Below, piece after piece: positions 26,446-41,050 of a stretch of 64,000 nucleotides of DNA; the stretch's first letter is position 1, and each line of letters begins with the position of its first letter. Position numbers and translations under genes: made by a program. The notes beneath the pieces were generated by a model, which saw only the letters and a list, made by a program, of their open reading frames with translations, ran no database searches and was not told where the DNA came from. The stretch covers positions 11,296,341 through 11,360,340 of the forward strand of contig CM119271.1 in the NCBI GenBank assembly GCA_051294375.1, read 5' to 3'. This stretch comes from Paraspadella gotoi. Its lineage: Eukaryota; Animalia; Chaetognatha.

Positions 26446-26585
26446 ATCGCTTCTTATTCCGTCGAAAAAAACAACAAAACAGGATAACATCGGACATTCA
26501 CTCGAACTTTTTCAAACCCAGCTTCACCGTTTTCTCACTTACCCATCCTCACCCATTCCCACTTCCCGCCCCAAACCCCCGAAAG

Positions 26586-27148
26586 GCGTCGCTCGCCGGC
26601 ACGCCCCCTTCACTCCACGCCCCTTGGAGGACGAACGAGTGCGAGGCGACGCTCTGCGATCGAAATCTGGGATGTCAGATCGGATTCGTCAACTCCAACG
26701 CGACGAGGATCAAGTAATGTCATGTTATGTCATGTCTTGTTGTGTTATCGTCGTGTACAACCGTTTGTCTTTTTAAATGTCATATGTGGTGGCCATTGTA
26801 TCGTCCCGACCGTCGAACCCTTGGTCTGTCACTATTGGACAGACCGAGGTTGAAGTTAGGCTTGTGATTGGTCTGCTGTTCGCTGATCCGGCAAGAGCAC
26901 GACCAATCACATCGCAAGGCCGAACAAGTCCGTCTTATGATCCATTCTGTAGATGATAACTTGTTTATCATCCCATATATCTATTGATATATTTATCCAG
27001 TTTATCTATTTATTATCTATCTATTTATCTATTTATCTTTTTATCTATATTATCTACTATCGATGCCGAAACTATATTTTTCTACTTTATAACTTTTTTT
27101 TTCTTCTTTTTTCCCTTTCTTTCGCCCCTTCTCTCCTCTCTCACTCTC

Positions 27149-27224
<76 letters not shown>

Positions 27225-27579
27225 TCTTCCTATTTCCCTTTCCAAGGTTCCACCGCCGGAGATGCGCCGCGACGCCTACGAACCCGAAGGCTGCGACGAG
27301 CGCGGCGCCGTCAGCCCCGCAGCCGCAAGCAGCAGCCGCAGCCGTCCCGCAGCCGACGCTCCGCGAGAATTACGGCTCCGTTCCCCCGGCGCTTACGGGC
27401 GGACTTTTACTTTTGGTGCGGCGCGGACTCTGCGTTCCGGACGAGAAGGAATATCCGACTCGAGCCGGATCCGGCGCCGAGAAGGCGATGAGCGGGAATA
27501 TCCGGCGTCGTTGTCGTCGTCGTCGTTTTTTCTCGGCGTCATTACGAGCGAGAGATGGATCCCGTTTTGGGCAAAATGA
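26586..27579 (+). CDS. Candidate last two exons (26586-26713, 27247-27579) of an unknown protein
   Basis: Two GC-rich islands. CAA|GTAAT donor and polypyrimidine-CCAAG acceptor join in phase 0: ...DRIRQLQRDEDQ|VPPPEMRRDAYEPEG...ERWIPFWAK*. No domain is recognised. Confidence 0.4.
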
Positions 27580-27887
27580 AATGATTCGACTGGCGACAAT
27601 CGATTAGTCAGTGGTGTTAATTAATTTATCAAATACAAACTTGTTTCGTATTAGACTGGTTTAATGTATCATTACTCTTACAAGATAATTACATTGCAGG
27701 TATTTTATAGATATATAACCTGTTTATAATATATAATATAGGTTAATAGATAGGCTACTTGTAGGATCGACTTATAGAGATTTTTTCAAAATGATAAAAA
27801 AAGCCGGTTTGATGTACTTAAGTATAAGATTTTTTTGTTTCGAGATAACAGATAGACAGAAAGAGTGCTCATTCTCTCTTCTCTCTC

Positions 27888-27924
<37 letters not shown>

Positions 27925-28089
27925 CTCTCTCTCTCTTTCCTCTTCTCTCTCTCTCTCTCCATATTCGCGTTGCTTGCTTCGTTTCGTTTTGCTGTTTGCT
28001 TGGCTTTGCTTGCTTTCTTGCTTTCTTGCTTTCTTCTTTTCTTTCTTTCTTATCTTTCTTTCTTTCTACTCTACTCTCTTCAATCTTTC

Positions 28090-28707
28090 TATCTATCTGT
28101 TATCTCGAAACAAAAAAATCTATACTTAGTACATAACCGGCTTTTTTTTATCCATTTTGAAAAATCTCTTATAAAGTCGATCCTACAAGTAGCCTATCTA
28201 TTACCTATTTATATATTATAACAGGTTACTATAATCTTATAAAATACCTTGAATGTAATTATCTTGTAAGAGTATTGATAATTAAACCAGTCCTAATCGA
28301 AACAAGTTTGTATTTGATAAATTAATAACACCAACTGACTAATCGATTGTCGCCAGTCGAATCTATTTCATTTTGCCCAAAACGGGATCCATCTCTCGCT
28401 GTATGACGCCGAGAAAAAAACGACGAGACGACAACGACGCGGATTATTCCGCTCATCGCCTTCCGGCGCCGGATCGCGGCTCGAGTACGGATATTCCTTC
28501 TCGTCCGGAACGGCAGATCCGCGCCGCACAAAAGTAAAAGTCCCCCGTCAAGCGCCGGGAACGGAGCCGTAATTCTCGCGGAGCGTCGGCTGCGGGAACG
28601 GCTGCGGCGCTGCTGCGGCTGCGGGCTGACGGCGCCGCGCGCTCCGTCGCAGCCTTCGGGTTCGTGGCGTCGCCGGCGCATCCCGGCGGTGGAACCTTGG
28701 AAAGGGA

Positions 28708-28799
<92 letters not shown>

Positions 28800-30387
28800 T
28801 GAGAGAGGAGAGAAGGGGCGGAAAGAAAGGGAAAAAAGAAGAAAAAAAAAGTTATAAAGTAGAAAAAATATAGTTTCATCAGATAGATAAGATAAATAGA
28901 TAAAAAGATAAATAGATAAATAGATAGATAATAAATAGATAAACTGCTAAATATATCAATAGATATATGATGATAAAACAGTATATCTACAGAATGGATC
29001 ATAACGAAGGACTTGTTTACGGCGCCCTTCGCTTAGTTGTTCTCTCTTCGCCGTCAAGCACAGCAGACCCATCACAACTACTCAACCTCTCTCTGTGACT
29101 AGTACCTCCAGAGTTCCGGTCGGGGACGATATCATGGCTCATCCACATATAGACATCTTCGTAAGACAAACGGGTTGTACGAGCGGACGATACGACAACA
29201 GACATGATATATAACTGAACATTGATCCCTCGTCGCGTGTGAGTTGAGAATCGGATCTGACACTCCCTAGCATCCGATCCGAGCGTCGCCTACGGACTCT
29301 CGTCCTCCAAGCGCGGCCGTGGAGTGAGGGGGCGTGCGCGAGCGACGACTTTCGGGTATAGAGCGGGAAGGAATGTCGAGGTGTAAGTGAGAAACGGTGA
29401 CACTAGGTTTAATAATTCGAGTGATGCAGTTCTGTTTGTGTTTTTTCTGCGATCCCGGAATAATGAAGCGATAAGCTGTTCTGTTTGCTCTGGCATTGCT
29501 ATATGGTGTCACCTCCGCCTATAAGACATGTACTCCTTCTGTCGTACCCGGTGGCTCATTGGCAAGTAACACCCATCACATGAAACACTACTACCTGGTC
29601 CTCTCAATCAAGCTCCGGTTCTGGGTACCGGTACTCCCAATAGTCGTGCGTAATCACGTGTCTTGGCGTAGGATATTGTACTCCTCAAGCTGTCCAGCCC
29701 GGACGCGTTCCTCTCTGCGAACGGCGGCACAGAAGTTACGGAGTGTTAGTCCTCAGCCGCACTGAGCGACTTATCCACAAGTTAATGACTATTTTTCATT
29801 TGTTCAATGTGTAGAACTCTATTCCTATTCTCACATGGACTCTTTGATGACGTCCACCTCACACCAATACAAAAGTATGAAACCTACAGATAACCACAGT
29901 TCAGGATTTGAATCGTAAGTGTTTCCACGGACGGACAGAAGACCGACGACCGATTACTAGTGGCGCGACTACAAATATTGAATTTGACTACCTAAGTGAT
30001 GCAAAGGACAGCTGTGGCGTTCGGAAAGGCAGTTCTTCGTAAAATCAAATAGCCATTTTTTTTTTAAAGCGGAAGCTAATTGTACACATGTTAATTAAAA
30101 AAAAGTTCTCTTCGTTTCTCTCGTACTTCAACATTCGTGAAAAAAATTGTTTTCTTTTCAAACCAAAAAAAAAAAACACTTTTAAAACGAAGATTGACGG
30201 TTTTTTTTTTTTGTTTTTTTTTTTTAAACCGCGGTTCTTTGTCTGGTGTCATCTTTCTATGGATCGTTATTACAAAACGCGGAACGACGGCTGAAGTGGA
30301 GAAACCGCGGGGGATAGCAGGGAGAGAGAGTCGGGGAAGGGATGGAGTGAAAGAGCGGAGGGAGAGGAGAGGGAGAGAGGAGAGAGA

Positions 30388-30444
<57 letters not shown>

Positions 30445-31080
30445 ATGTGACAAAGCTCCGGAGTAAGAAGAAAGGAAAAAAATAGCGGTGGACATACAGA
30501 GAAAGGAATTAGTCGGGGATGAGGGCGTTTCGCCGAAATAATCAAATTCACTCACACTCTCACCAAAAACGTGATGAAATCACCAGTCGGCTATCGATGT
30601 TTCCGATGAGCGTCTCCCTCCACAAACTCCCCCCCCCAAAAAAAAAGGTGAGGAGATAAAAAAGAAGGAGAGTGACGATTCACGATTCACGCGAAACCAA
30701 TTAATCACTTTTTTGAAATCGGTGAGTGAAAAGAAAACAATAACGACGAAAGGCAGTTCACGGCGTTCTCGACGCTTGCCGCAGGTTAGGTAGCGGTTTT
30801 GGATTTGAGCCGGTATCTAGTGGACATGAGATTGCTTATACTCAATGACCACCGGGTCAGGACAGAAGTGTTGTGCTTATAGGCGGGTGGAACTTATGCT
30901 TGCTCTGACTATATGCCGCCCACATTGTAACCCACCCTGCACTGCTTCCAGCGAAAGGGGGGGAGTAATTTCACCACAGTCCCGGGGCCTGGAATCATGG
31001 TTGGAATACGCTTGTCAGGTCACCAGGATGAAGCAGAAACTTTTTACTGAGGCGAAGAGAGAGAGAGAGAGAGAGAGAAG

Positions 31081-31113
<33 letters not shown>

Positions 31114-33075
31114 CAGAGAGGAAGAAGCAGCGTGTAAGTACGCCTCTGTTTCTCTCCTCTCATCGAGTCTTGTGTTGGTTACGTCGCTTACGCTAGAATA
31201 TAGCACAAATTTGCACAGTTTTGACAAATTTGCACAAAATTTGCACCCAGTTGCGATTTGAGTTTATGCATGATTCGCATGTGCCTTTTTTCTTTGTACT
31301 TAACCTTCTCATTTTTGCGTTTGCCTTTCGTCTTTTAAATGTGCATTCGTCTCGATTGCTTTTATAGCAATTTTCATTTTAATGCAGCGTTTTTCGGTTT
31401 CATTCTTTCACAATTAACAACAGGTAAAAAACAATTATAAAACACTTAAAAGCAACGTGAAAACGTTTGAGGTCGCGGCTATACCAGAGCAACTGCCCTC
31501 TGATTTTCCTCCAATTTCAAACGTTAACAATAGCGCAGATATTCGATTTATTATTTATTTATATATTTATTCTTCGTATTATCGTCGTCCGTCGCGACGG
31601 TTTGTAAAGTCCAGACGACCGTAACTCAGATGCTCTTTTATATAAGAGATATCAACGTTCGTCTCTTTCTCTCTTTTGCGGTCATTCCAGATTCCTGCGT
31701 TTGAATCGTGACTCTTCTCTAAATAATAATAAACGTTATGTGGATTCCTTTGTGGACGCTTAGTGGTTTCTTCGTGGATTTGTTCTATTTGATTATATTG
31801 CTTCTTTGATTAATCATTTGACTATATTTTATGTTATTATTATTGTCTGTATGAATATCTATGTATGAAGTTCGTGAGAAAGAATTTTGTAAAATTTCCA
31901 AAAATGTCAATATATTTCTCGCCTAAAATTCCATTCTTTTTCACATACCTACTTGTGTAAAACAAAGTAGTTAATATAAAAGTAATTGTTATTTTATTCT
32001 CGCCGCGCATTTCTCCTTCGATGTTATACTCTGCTCATTATTTACTTTGGTCTCGAATTCTTTTCACTAAAAATTCCGACGCTCCACTATATGCTTTGAT
32101 TATTTTTATTAGTACCCATTAAATATCAAGACCCAAGTGATAGAAACATTTATTAAAAACTTTACGGCGCCAGCGGTCCGGTCTTCGCAGTCCAGTTTCT
32201 CTTCCGACGTCTTCTCCCTCTCCGTAGTCGAGGAGGGCGGTTCTTCACGTTCCCGTCGCGAATCGGGAAACCTGGGACTCGGATGTCGAAATCTCTGTCA
32301 AATTACACCCAGAGACCAATAAGATAATCAGAAGACGATTTGCACGTAATTAATTATAATTATTAATAATTAACATGACTTTAATTTTTTTTGTTTCCCT
32401 CCAAAATTAAAAGCGTTCCTACAGCTATATATAATTTATTTGAACAAATTTTTTTTGAAAATCATTTGGCGAGTGCTTAGCGCGCTTGGATTTCAACGTT
32501 ACGAAACAGGTTTCAGGTCAACTCTGGGCTGAAGCTTCTTTTCTAACAATAAGTTCTGATGTCCCAAAATTGGTCCAGAGCAATGGCTTTACCGAATGAG
32601 GGAATAGCCATATGTGTACTCGATATCAAGACAAACTCTCTAATCAAATTATCATTTGTACTCGAGTTACAAGCTTGCCGTCTCAGAAAATTCTAGACGG
32701 ATGCTACTGAAATGCGTTGGCGTTTTTAACGTTTACTATTTTTTGTTCGCGTTTACGCAAGAAGACGACGACGACGACGACAACGACGAAGACGACAACG
32801 ATCAACGCTTACCATTCCGGCATTGACCAAGTCCGTCGAACTCTCGTTGATTGTCTTCTACTTCTGGGAAGAAGAAAACAACGACATCTCCTCACGAGAC
32901 CTTCGTCGTCGTCGTCGTCGTCGTCTTCCACTTCCGTCATTGCTGTCGCTCTATTGCTGTGTTGTTGAATATTGTCTTCGTCCGCAAATCCGATCTGGTC
33001 GTCGTCAGCGACGTTGATGCATGATCACCGACGGCGTGCAGGTTGGCTCGAGCGGCAAATTTCGAAGCCCGAAGT

Positions 33076-33117
<42 letters not shown>

Positions 33118-35600
33118 TAAAAAAATCTCAATCTTTTCTAATAAATATTTAGTCAAATATTTCTTTATTCCAATAATACCCACTACTAGTTTTTCCTCCA
33201 AATCTTTCCCGACAAAATCTCTCCAAATTCTTAAAGCAGATGCGGTATTCCCATTAATACTTCCCTCAGTCATAAATATTTCTTCGACGCCAAAATCTTT
33301 ATCCTGCAAACAAATCCTTCAACAAATCCTTCCTGAATATTGGTGCAGCTTTACTAGAATGGTAAAAAAAATTAGTATGAAAAATTGAAAGATTACCTGT
33401 TTTTACTATAATTTTATGGGGAGAGGGATGTTAATGTTGGTCTTCTGGAAATAGAGGGAGCATTGTACAACACAAGGTTAAAAGTTGCTCTCTGCCCTAG
33501 TTTCTATTAAACTTAGACATTCTTTTTTAAGAATCTATTGAAAATTCAGATTATCTAAAACAGCTTTATTTCTTCTAAAATAAAAAAAAATAACACTCTT
33601 AAAAAGAAAGTATTTCTTACTTTCCTTCCTTCCCCCTCGATCAAACACCGCCCCCCCCCCCCGCCCCCCCCCTCAATCTCCTTAATCCTCCAACTAAAAC
33701 TTCAATCACGACTTTCGAATTTTCCTCTCGATCGTAGCCCGACCGACTGGCGGCCGAAAAGAAAAAACCTGACCCGGAAGTCGATTCTTTTTTTCGGATA
33801 TATTTGTTGATACATCTCTTCGTGTTTATCTATTTTTAGTTGCGTCGTCAAGTACTCGCGAGCACTCTATAAGGTCACTTTCGGTCTGTCCGTTGGTCGG
33901 TCGGTATGTCTACCGTCGGTCTGTAATACTATACATCAAAGATGCTTATAACTCGTCTATAGTTGGTGCTCATCTTGTTAGACAGTTAAAAACCTCAAAT
34001 CTGAGCGACTACTAGCGCCGATTTTTTGTTTTTAAAAAAAATCTATATAACCACTAAAAAAGACGTATTCCAATGCAGTACGTCTCCGGTAACGTGTCCA
34101 GTACGCTGTCCGTATCGAAAATACACGGAAATACACGGATAACAAAGTCCAATGGCGACGCAACACAACAATTTCCGCTACTTGTTTCAAATCTGTTTGT
34201 TATTTTGGTTTCTGTTTTTTTTTATACCTCATTTTCTATTTCGTGATCTTGATTTTCTCACTATCTTTGCAAGGGATCCATCCATTTATGACTGAATTTC
34301 ATTCTTAATCATAGATAGGATACTTTGAATATAAAGTAATACTTACGTAACCAAATTAACATATAATATAGATATTATAGAATTGCATTCAAAACTTCGA
34401 AGGTTATCAACACAGTTTCGGTATGCAAATGATTATGGAACTTCTATATAATACATATACATACTTTCTAAAATCTAAACAATAACCCGATGCTTTATCC
34501 AAGCTACAGCCTAACAGTAATAAGTCAATAATAATCTTACTGAGAACATCCATCTCATGTGTAAAGAGTATATATATCTTTCTTCTTTCTTTCCGAATAT
34601 CTCTCCTCACTCTTTACGGTGGATACTTTCGTACTCCTGCGTCGAGAGAGTGAGATGAGCTCTAGCCTATCCACACACAGAAGAGATCACATACTAGGTC
34701 AAACATGAGGGCGCGATATATATTACCTCTCATCAGCACACATCTATGCGAGACTCATGCGCGAATGATCTGTTGACTTTTCTGAACCAGAGAGAGCAGA
34801 GATATGCATGCTCCAGTCCATTCATCTCCCCGCAATATACACACACACTGATGCACATATCTAGCAGCCTGCACTCACTCCCTCTCCTCCTCTGGTGTCC
34901 ATATATTTGACCAGTGAGCTCTCTCTCACCTTTAGAATAGTGTGACTCAGTCTTTATCCAACTTCTTCCTATACCTCCCTTATGGAGAATAATCTCTCAT
35001 TCATATTTCTTACTTACATACTGTGGCGTGGCTTACTCACCCCATCTCAACCGGAATCTATCGTGGAGTGCATTCTTAATCTTACGCACTTCTCACTCCT
35101 CGATCCTCTCCTCGTATAACCTACTCAAGCACCACGCTCACAGACTATGAGGAATTAAGCATCGCTCGTGCGAGACCTCTCCTAATGCCTCTCCGCGAGT
35201 GAGAGCAGCACGTGCGCCTAGACACTCTCCGTACTCCTCGCGGAGCGGCTTTGACCTGATCCCGCCGCCCGCCGCCTCGTGCTATCCGCGTACCGCGACC
35301 AACCTCTGACACACACACCTACCTCTTGCCTGCGATAGTCGTTCAATATATACTATGTCCGTAACAATAATCTCAACTATATCAGCTCGCTCGCCTCCAT
35401 ATATACACCGCCAATGCGTCATAGACAAAGGACTCTATCCAGCATGCTCCCGCGTTTTCTTAAGTCCTGCGCGCTTAAGTTCGACTATATAAGCGTGTGG
35501 GGTGAACACAATTGCTTGGACGATATCGTGTTGCTCCCAACATATCTATGTTGCAACCGTTTGTTGTCATATGTTCGTGGCCGTGCTCCCCTCTCACAAA
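28090..35600 (-). repeat. Inverted re-read of ~20600-27860 (fold-back centred at ~27865-28090)
   Basis: 27600-27860 mirrors 28090-28350. The match is colinear to ~34540 and then increasingly degraded; GCGCGAATGATCTGTTGACTTT at ~34759 mirrors ~21288. Confidence 0.92.
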
Positions 35601-36229
35601 CTCAGCTGTATAAACATCGACAGTAATATATCGCTCTCTCCTCGTACCTCCTACACTTTATTCATACGTACCTCTTATCGTTAACTCTTAATTCTAACTT
35701 ATCATAGTTCGATATCTCCTCGATCTCCTCCTCTAAGCCTCTCTCATACATAGTGTTGCATAATGTCTCGTCAGTTCGATCTCTTCAATAATTATGCTTG
35801 TTGGCGGATCTGATACTCTGCTCAGTTTGCGTCGCGTGCGTCCTTGGACACGTCGCTGACGAACTCGACTGCGCGACAGATCTACTCCGAGAGAATCCTT
35901 CTATACAGCACGAATCGATATGTAAGGAGAACAGTATCGAGACCAACTCACAATCCGCCTACACACTGGTATCACCTCCAATAGCGATGACATATCCAGC
36001 GTGCTAATAGCTTCTCCTACACGGTAATAAGCTATCGTGAGAGAGCAACCCTCTCAATATGCCCGTGCGAGAGAGCATGCTAAATACCTGCCTAGAGAAC
36101 TACAAACGCAACAAGCATCACGACGACACAGTCACGACATACATATACAAGACTCTAGTACCTGAGACTTCTCTTCGACACATACCCGCGCGCGAGACTC
36201 TAACCCACATAATCACAACTCCTCCCCAA

Positions 36230-38484
36230 CAACTTCTAAAACAACAAAAAACACGAGGACAATCCCTTGTCCTCCCATTTTCCTCCGCAGATCGATCATC
36301 TCCCCTGTCGACATCCGCTTGTGAAGTAGTAGTATACTTGCGGCGCGGCTTCACTCCCGTCACGCCGTAATGGCGGCGCGGCGGCGGCGGCGCCGCGCGG
36401 CGCGGCGGCGGCGGCCGGCGGCGGCGGCGGCGTCGGCGGCTACGCCTGTCTGACGGCTTCCTTCTTTTCCCGCCGGAAGTTGCAAAACTCTTTTCGTCGG
36501 CTGCCATCTCGTGGACGACCTTTTCCTTCTTCGGGGAATAGAAGTGAGAGATTGAATGAGTGGATTAATTGAATGACATGACATGAATGAATGAATGAAT
36601 GAAATGATATGAATGAATGACCGATGAATGAATGATGACAAAATCATGACAATAAAGTATAAGTATTCTAAGTAAAAATAAGTATTTGTTCCATCGACTT
36701 TCGATGTTATTCAGGTCAGGTCAGAGTGAGGAGTGAGTCAGGTCAGGAGTGAGCACCGCTTGTCTTCAGTTTTGTGTACATTTGCGGCGCGTGTAGATGG
36801 TCGAACCTCTCCCTCCTCCTCTCTCACTCAGATCAATACAGACAATAGTTCTGTTTACCGTACAGATCTCTCCTCTCTTTTCACATATAGTGATATACCT
36901 TCGTTACAGTCAGAGTGCATTCTCCTCTCAGTGCGTGCAGTCTGACAAAAAAAATGCAGAAACATGATACGCACCATTAGAACTCTCTCTTACAAATGGT
37001 TCAAATTTTATTCTAAGATTGATTATTGACTTCATACTGTTAGAGCTGTAGCTTGGATAAAAGCATCGGTTATTGTTTAGACTTAGAAGTATGTAATATG
37101 TATTATATAAGAAAGTTCCCATAATCATTTGCCACTAGAAATCTAGTTATAAATTCATATCGTCAAGTTTTGGAATGCAATATCTATAATATCTAATATC
37201 ATAGTTAAATTTGCTTTACGGTAAAGTATTACTTTATACCTTCAAAGTTCCTACTATGATTAAGAATGAAATTCAGATCATAAATGGATGGAATCCTTGC
37301 AAAGATAGTGATGAGAATCAAAAGATCACGAAATACGAAAATGAGTATAAAAAAAAAACAGAAACAAAATAACAACACAGATTGAAACAAGTACGGAAAT
37401 TGATTGTTGTTGCGTCGCCAATGACTTTGTTAATCCCGGTATTTCCGTGTATTTTCGATACCGGACACCGTATGGACACGTACGGAGACGTACTGCATTG
37501 GAAATACACGTCTCTTTTATGGTTAATATGAGATTTTTTTTACAAAAAAAACAATCGGCGCGCTGTAGTCGCTCAGATTTGACGTTTTTTAACTGTCTTA
37601 ACAAATGAGCAACCCAACTATTAGACGTCAGTATAAGCATCTTGATGTAAGTATTACACAGACCGCGGTCAGACATACGACCGACCAACGGACCAGACGA
37701 AAAGTGACTTATAAGACGTTGCTCCCGATATGACGACGCCCACACTAAAAAGATAAAACACCGAAGAGATGTAATCATACAAAATATATACCGAAAAAAA
37801 GAATTCCTCGACTTCCCGGGTCAGGTTTTTTTCTTTTCGGCCGCCAGGGTACGCGTCAGCTACGAGTCGAGGAAATTCGAAAGTCGTGATTGAAGTTCTT
37901 CAGTTGGAGAATTTAAGGGAGATTGAAAGGGGGGGCGGTACCGGGGGCGGCTGTTTTGATCGAGGGGGAAGGAAGGAAAGTAAGAAATACTTTCTTTTTT
38001 AAGAGTGGTTATTTATTTTATTTTAGAAGAAATAAAGCTGTTTTAGATAATCCTGAATTTCAATAAACGACTTCTTAAACAAGAATGATGTCTAGAATAT
38101 CTAATTAGAAAACTAGGCAGGAGAGCAACTTTTAACCTTGTGTTGTACAGATGCTCTCTCTATTTCCAGAAACAACATTAACATCCCTCTCCCCATAAAA
38201 TTCATAGTTAAAACAGGTAATCTTTTCAATTTTTCAACCTAATTTTTTACCATTCTAGTAAGCTGCACCAATTCAGGAAGGATTTGTGAAGGAATTTCGT
38301 TGAGGAAAGATTTGGCGGAGAAAGATTAGACTGAGGGAAGATTTAAGGAACGCATCGTTAAGAATTTGCGAGAGATTTTGTCGGGGAAAGATTTGGCAGG
38401 AAAAAACTAAGTGCGTATTATGGAATAAAGAAATATTTGACTAAATATTATTTAAAAAAGATGAGGATCTTTTTTTTTACTCTC

Positions 38485-38518
<34 letters not shown>

Positions 38519-40594
38519 GACTTCGGCTTGTCGAAATTTGCCGCTCGACCAACTGCACGCCGTCGGTGATTCATGCATCAACGTCGCTGACGACGACAGG
38601 ATCGATTTGCGAGACGAAGACAATATCAACAACAACAGCAATAAGAGCACAGCAATGACGGGAAGTGAGACGACGACCGACGACCGACGAGAAGTCTCTG
38701 AGGAGATTCGTTGTTTCTTTCTTCCCAGAATAGAAAGACAATAACGAGAGAGTTCGACGGACTTTGCGTCAAAATGCCGGATGGATAAGCGTTGATCGTT
38801 GTCGTCTTTGCGTCGTTGTTCGGTTCGTTCGTTTCGTTCGTCTTCTTGCGAAACGCGAACAAAAAAGTAAAACGTAAAAACGCCAACGCATTCGTAGCAT
38901 CCCGATCTAGAATTCTGACAGACGGCAAGCTCTGTAACTCGAGTACAAATGATAATTTGATAGAGAGCTTTCGGTCTTTTGATATCGAGTACACATATGC
39001 TATTCCCCCATTCCGGTAAGCCATTGCTCTGCGACCAATTTTGGGACATCAGAACTTATTTGCTAAAAAGAACGCTTCAGCCAGATTGAACCTGAAACCT
39101 TTTTCGTTAACGCTTAGAAATCCCAGCCGCGCTAAGCACTCGGCCCCAAGATGATTTTTCAAAAAAGAATTTGTTCAAATTAAATTAATTATAGCTGTAG
39201 GAGACGCTTTTAATTTTGGAGGGGAAAACAAAAAATTAAATTCATGTTAATTAATTAATTAATTAATTAATTAATTACGTCCAAATCGTCTTCTGATTAT
39301 CTTATTGGTCTCTGGGTCGTAATTTGACAGAGCATTTCGACATCCGAGTCCCAGGTTTCCCGATTCGCGACGGAACTTGAAAGAACCCCCTCCTCGACCT
39401 AGCGGAGAGGCGGAGAAGACCGTCGGAGAGAAACTGCGACTGAAGACCCGCGGACCGCGCGCGCCCGTTAAAGTTTTTAATAAAAGTTTCTTATCCACTG
39501 GCAGTTCTGATATTTAATACGGTACCTTAATAAAATAATCAAAGCATTATAGTGGAGGTCGGAATTTTTAAGTGAAAGAATTCGAGACAAAGTAAAATGA
39601 AGAGAGCTATAACATCGAAGGGAAAATGCCGCTCTACAGCGCGAGAATAAAATAACATGACTTTTATATGAACTACTTTGTTTACCAAAGTAGGTATGTG
39701 AAAAGGAATGGAATTTTAGGCCTGAAGAAATATTAATTTGACATTTTTGGGAACTTTACAAAAATTTCTTCTCAGCCGCGAACTCACTACATAGATATTC
39801 ATACAGACAATAATAATTAATCCAAACAATAAAAGTCAAATGATTAATCAAGAAGCAATATAATCAAATAAACAAAATCCACGAAGAAACCACTAAGCGT
39901 CCACCAAGGAATCCACAAACGTTTATTATTTTGAGAAGAGTTCACGATCCAACGCTAGAGAATCTGGAATGACCGCAAAAAGAGAGAAAGAGACGAACGT
40001 TGAATCTCTTATATAAAAGAGCATCTGAGTACGGTCGTCTGGACTTTAACAAAGTTCGCGGACCGGACGCACGATTAATACGAAGAATAAATTATATATA
40101 ATAAATAAAATAAATCGCAATATCTGGCTCTATTTTTAACGTTTGAACTTGTAGGGAAAAGTCAGAGGGCAGTTGCCTCGTGGTTAAGCCGCGACCTCAA
40201 ACGTTTTCACGTTGTTGTTAAGGTGTCTTTATTAATTGTTTTTAACCTGTTCGTTAATTGATGAAAGAACTGAACCGAAAAACGCTAATTAAAAATCGAA
40301 AATGGCCTATAAAAGCAATCGGTACGAATGCACATTTAAATGACGAAAGGCACAACGCCAAAAAATGAGAAGGTTAATGTACAAAGAAAAAAGGCACATC
40401 GATCCATGCATAAACTCAAATCGCCAAACTGTGCGTGCAAATTTAGTGCAAAATTTGTTGCAAACGTGTTGCAAATTGTGTATTATATTCTAGCCTAAGC
40501 CGACGTACCAACCAAAGACTCGATGAGAAGGAGAGAAACAGAGGCGACTTACCACCGCTCTCGTCTCTCTCTCTTTCTCTCTCTTCTCTCTCTC

Positions 40595-40625
<31 letters not shown>

Positions 40626-41050
40626 GCCTCAGTTAAGAAAGTTTCTCTCATTCCTGTGACCTGACAAGCGTATCCAACCACTGATTCAGGCCCCGGGACT
40701 GAGTTGAATTTACTCCCCCCCTTTCGCTGGAAAGCCAGTGCAGGTGGTTACAATGTGGGCGGCATATAAGTCGAGCATACATAAGTTCACCTCGCCCTAT
40801 AAGCAACAACACCTTCTGTCTTGACCGGCTGGCTCAATTGAGTATAAAGCCATTCAATCTCATGGTCCACTAGATACCGGCTCAATCCCAACCCCGTAAC
40901 GCTAAACCTGCGGCAAGCGTGAAACGCCGTGAACTGCCTTTCGTCGTTATTGTTCCTTTTCACTCATCCGATTTCCAAAAAAAGTGATTATTGGTTTCGC
41001 AGTGAATTCGTGAATCCGTCACTCTCCTCTTTTTTTCATCTCCTCAACTC
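36230..41050 (+). repeat. Third, forward copy of ~20720-25305
   Basis: CGAGGACAATCCC-TTG at ~36253 equals ~20743. Colinear to CACTCTCCTCTTTTTTCATCTCCTCA at ~41020, equal to ~25275. Differences are insertion-rich. Confidence 0.95.

Noticed and set aside
27865-28090. Literal SMRTbell adapter at the fold-back centre
   Set aside because: Only a vague CT-then-GTT resemblance; no exact adapter match is visible.
34550-36200. Unique sequence with small ORFs
   Set aside because: Contains degraded remnants of the mirrored 20.6-21.4 kb region; behaves like a low-quality read segment.
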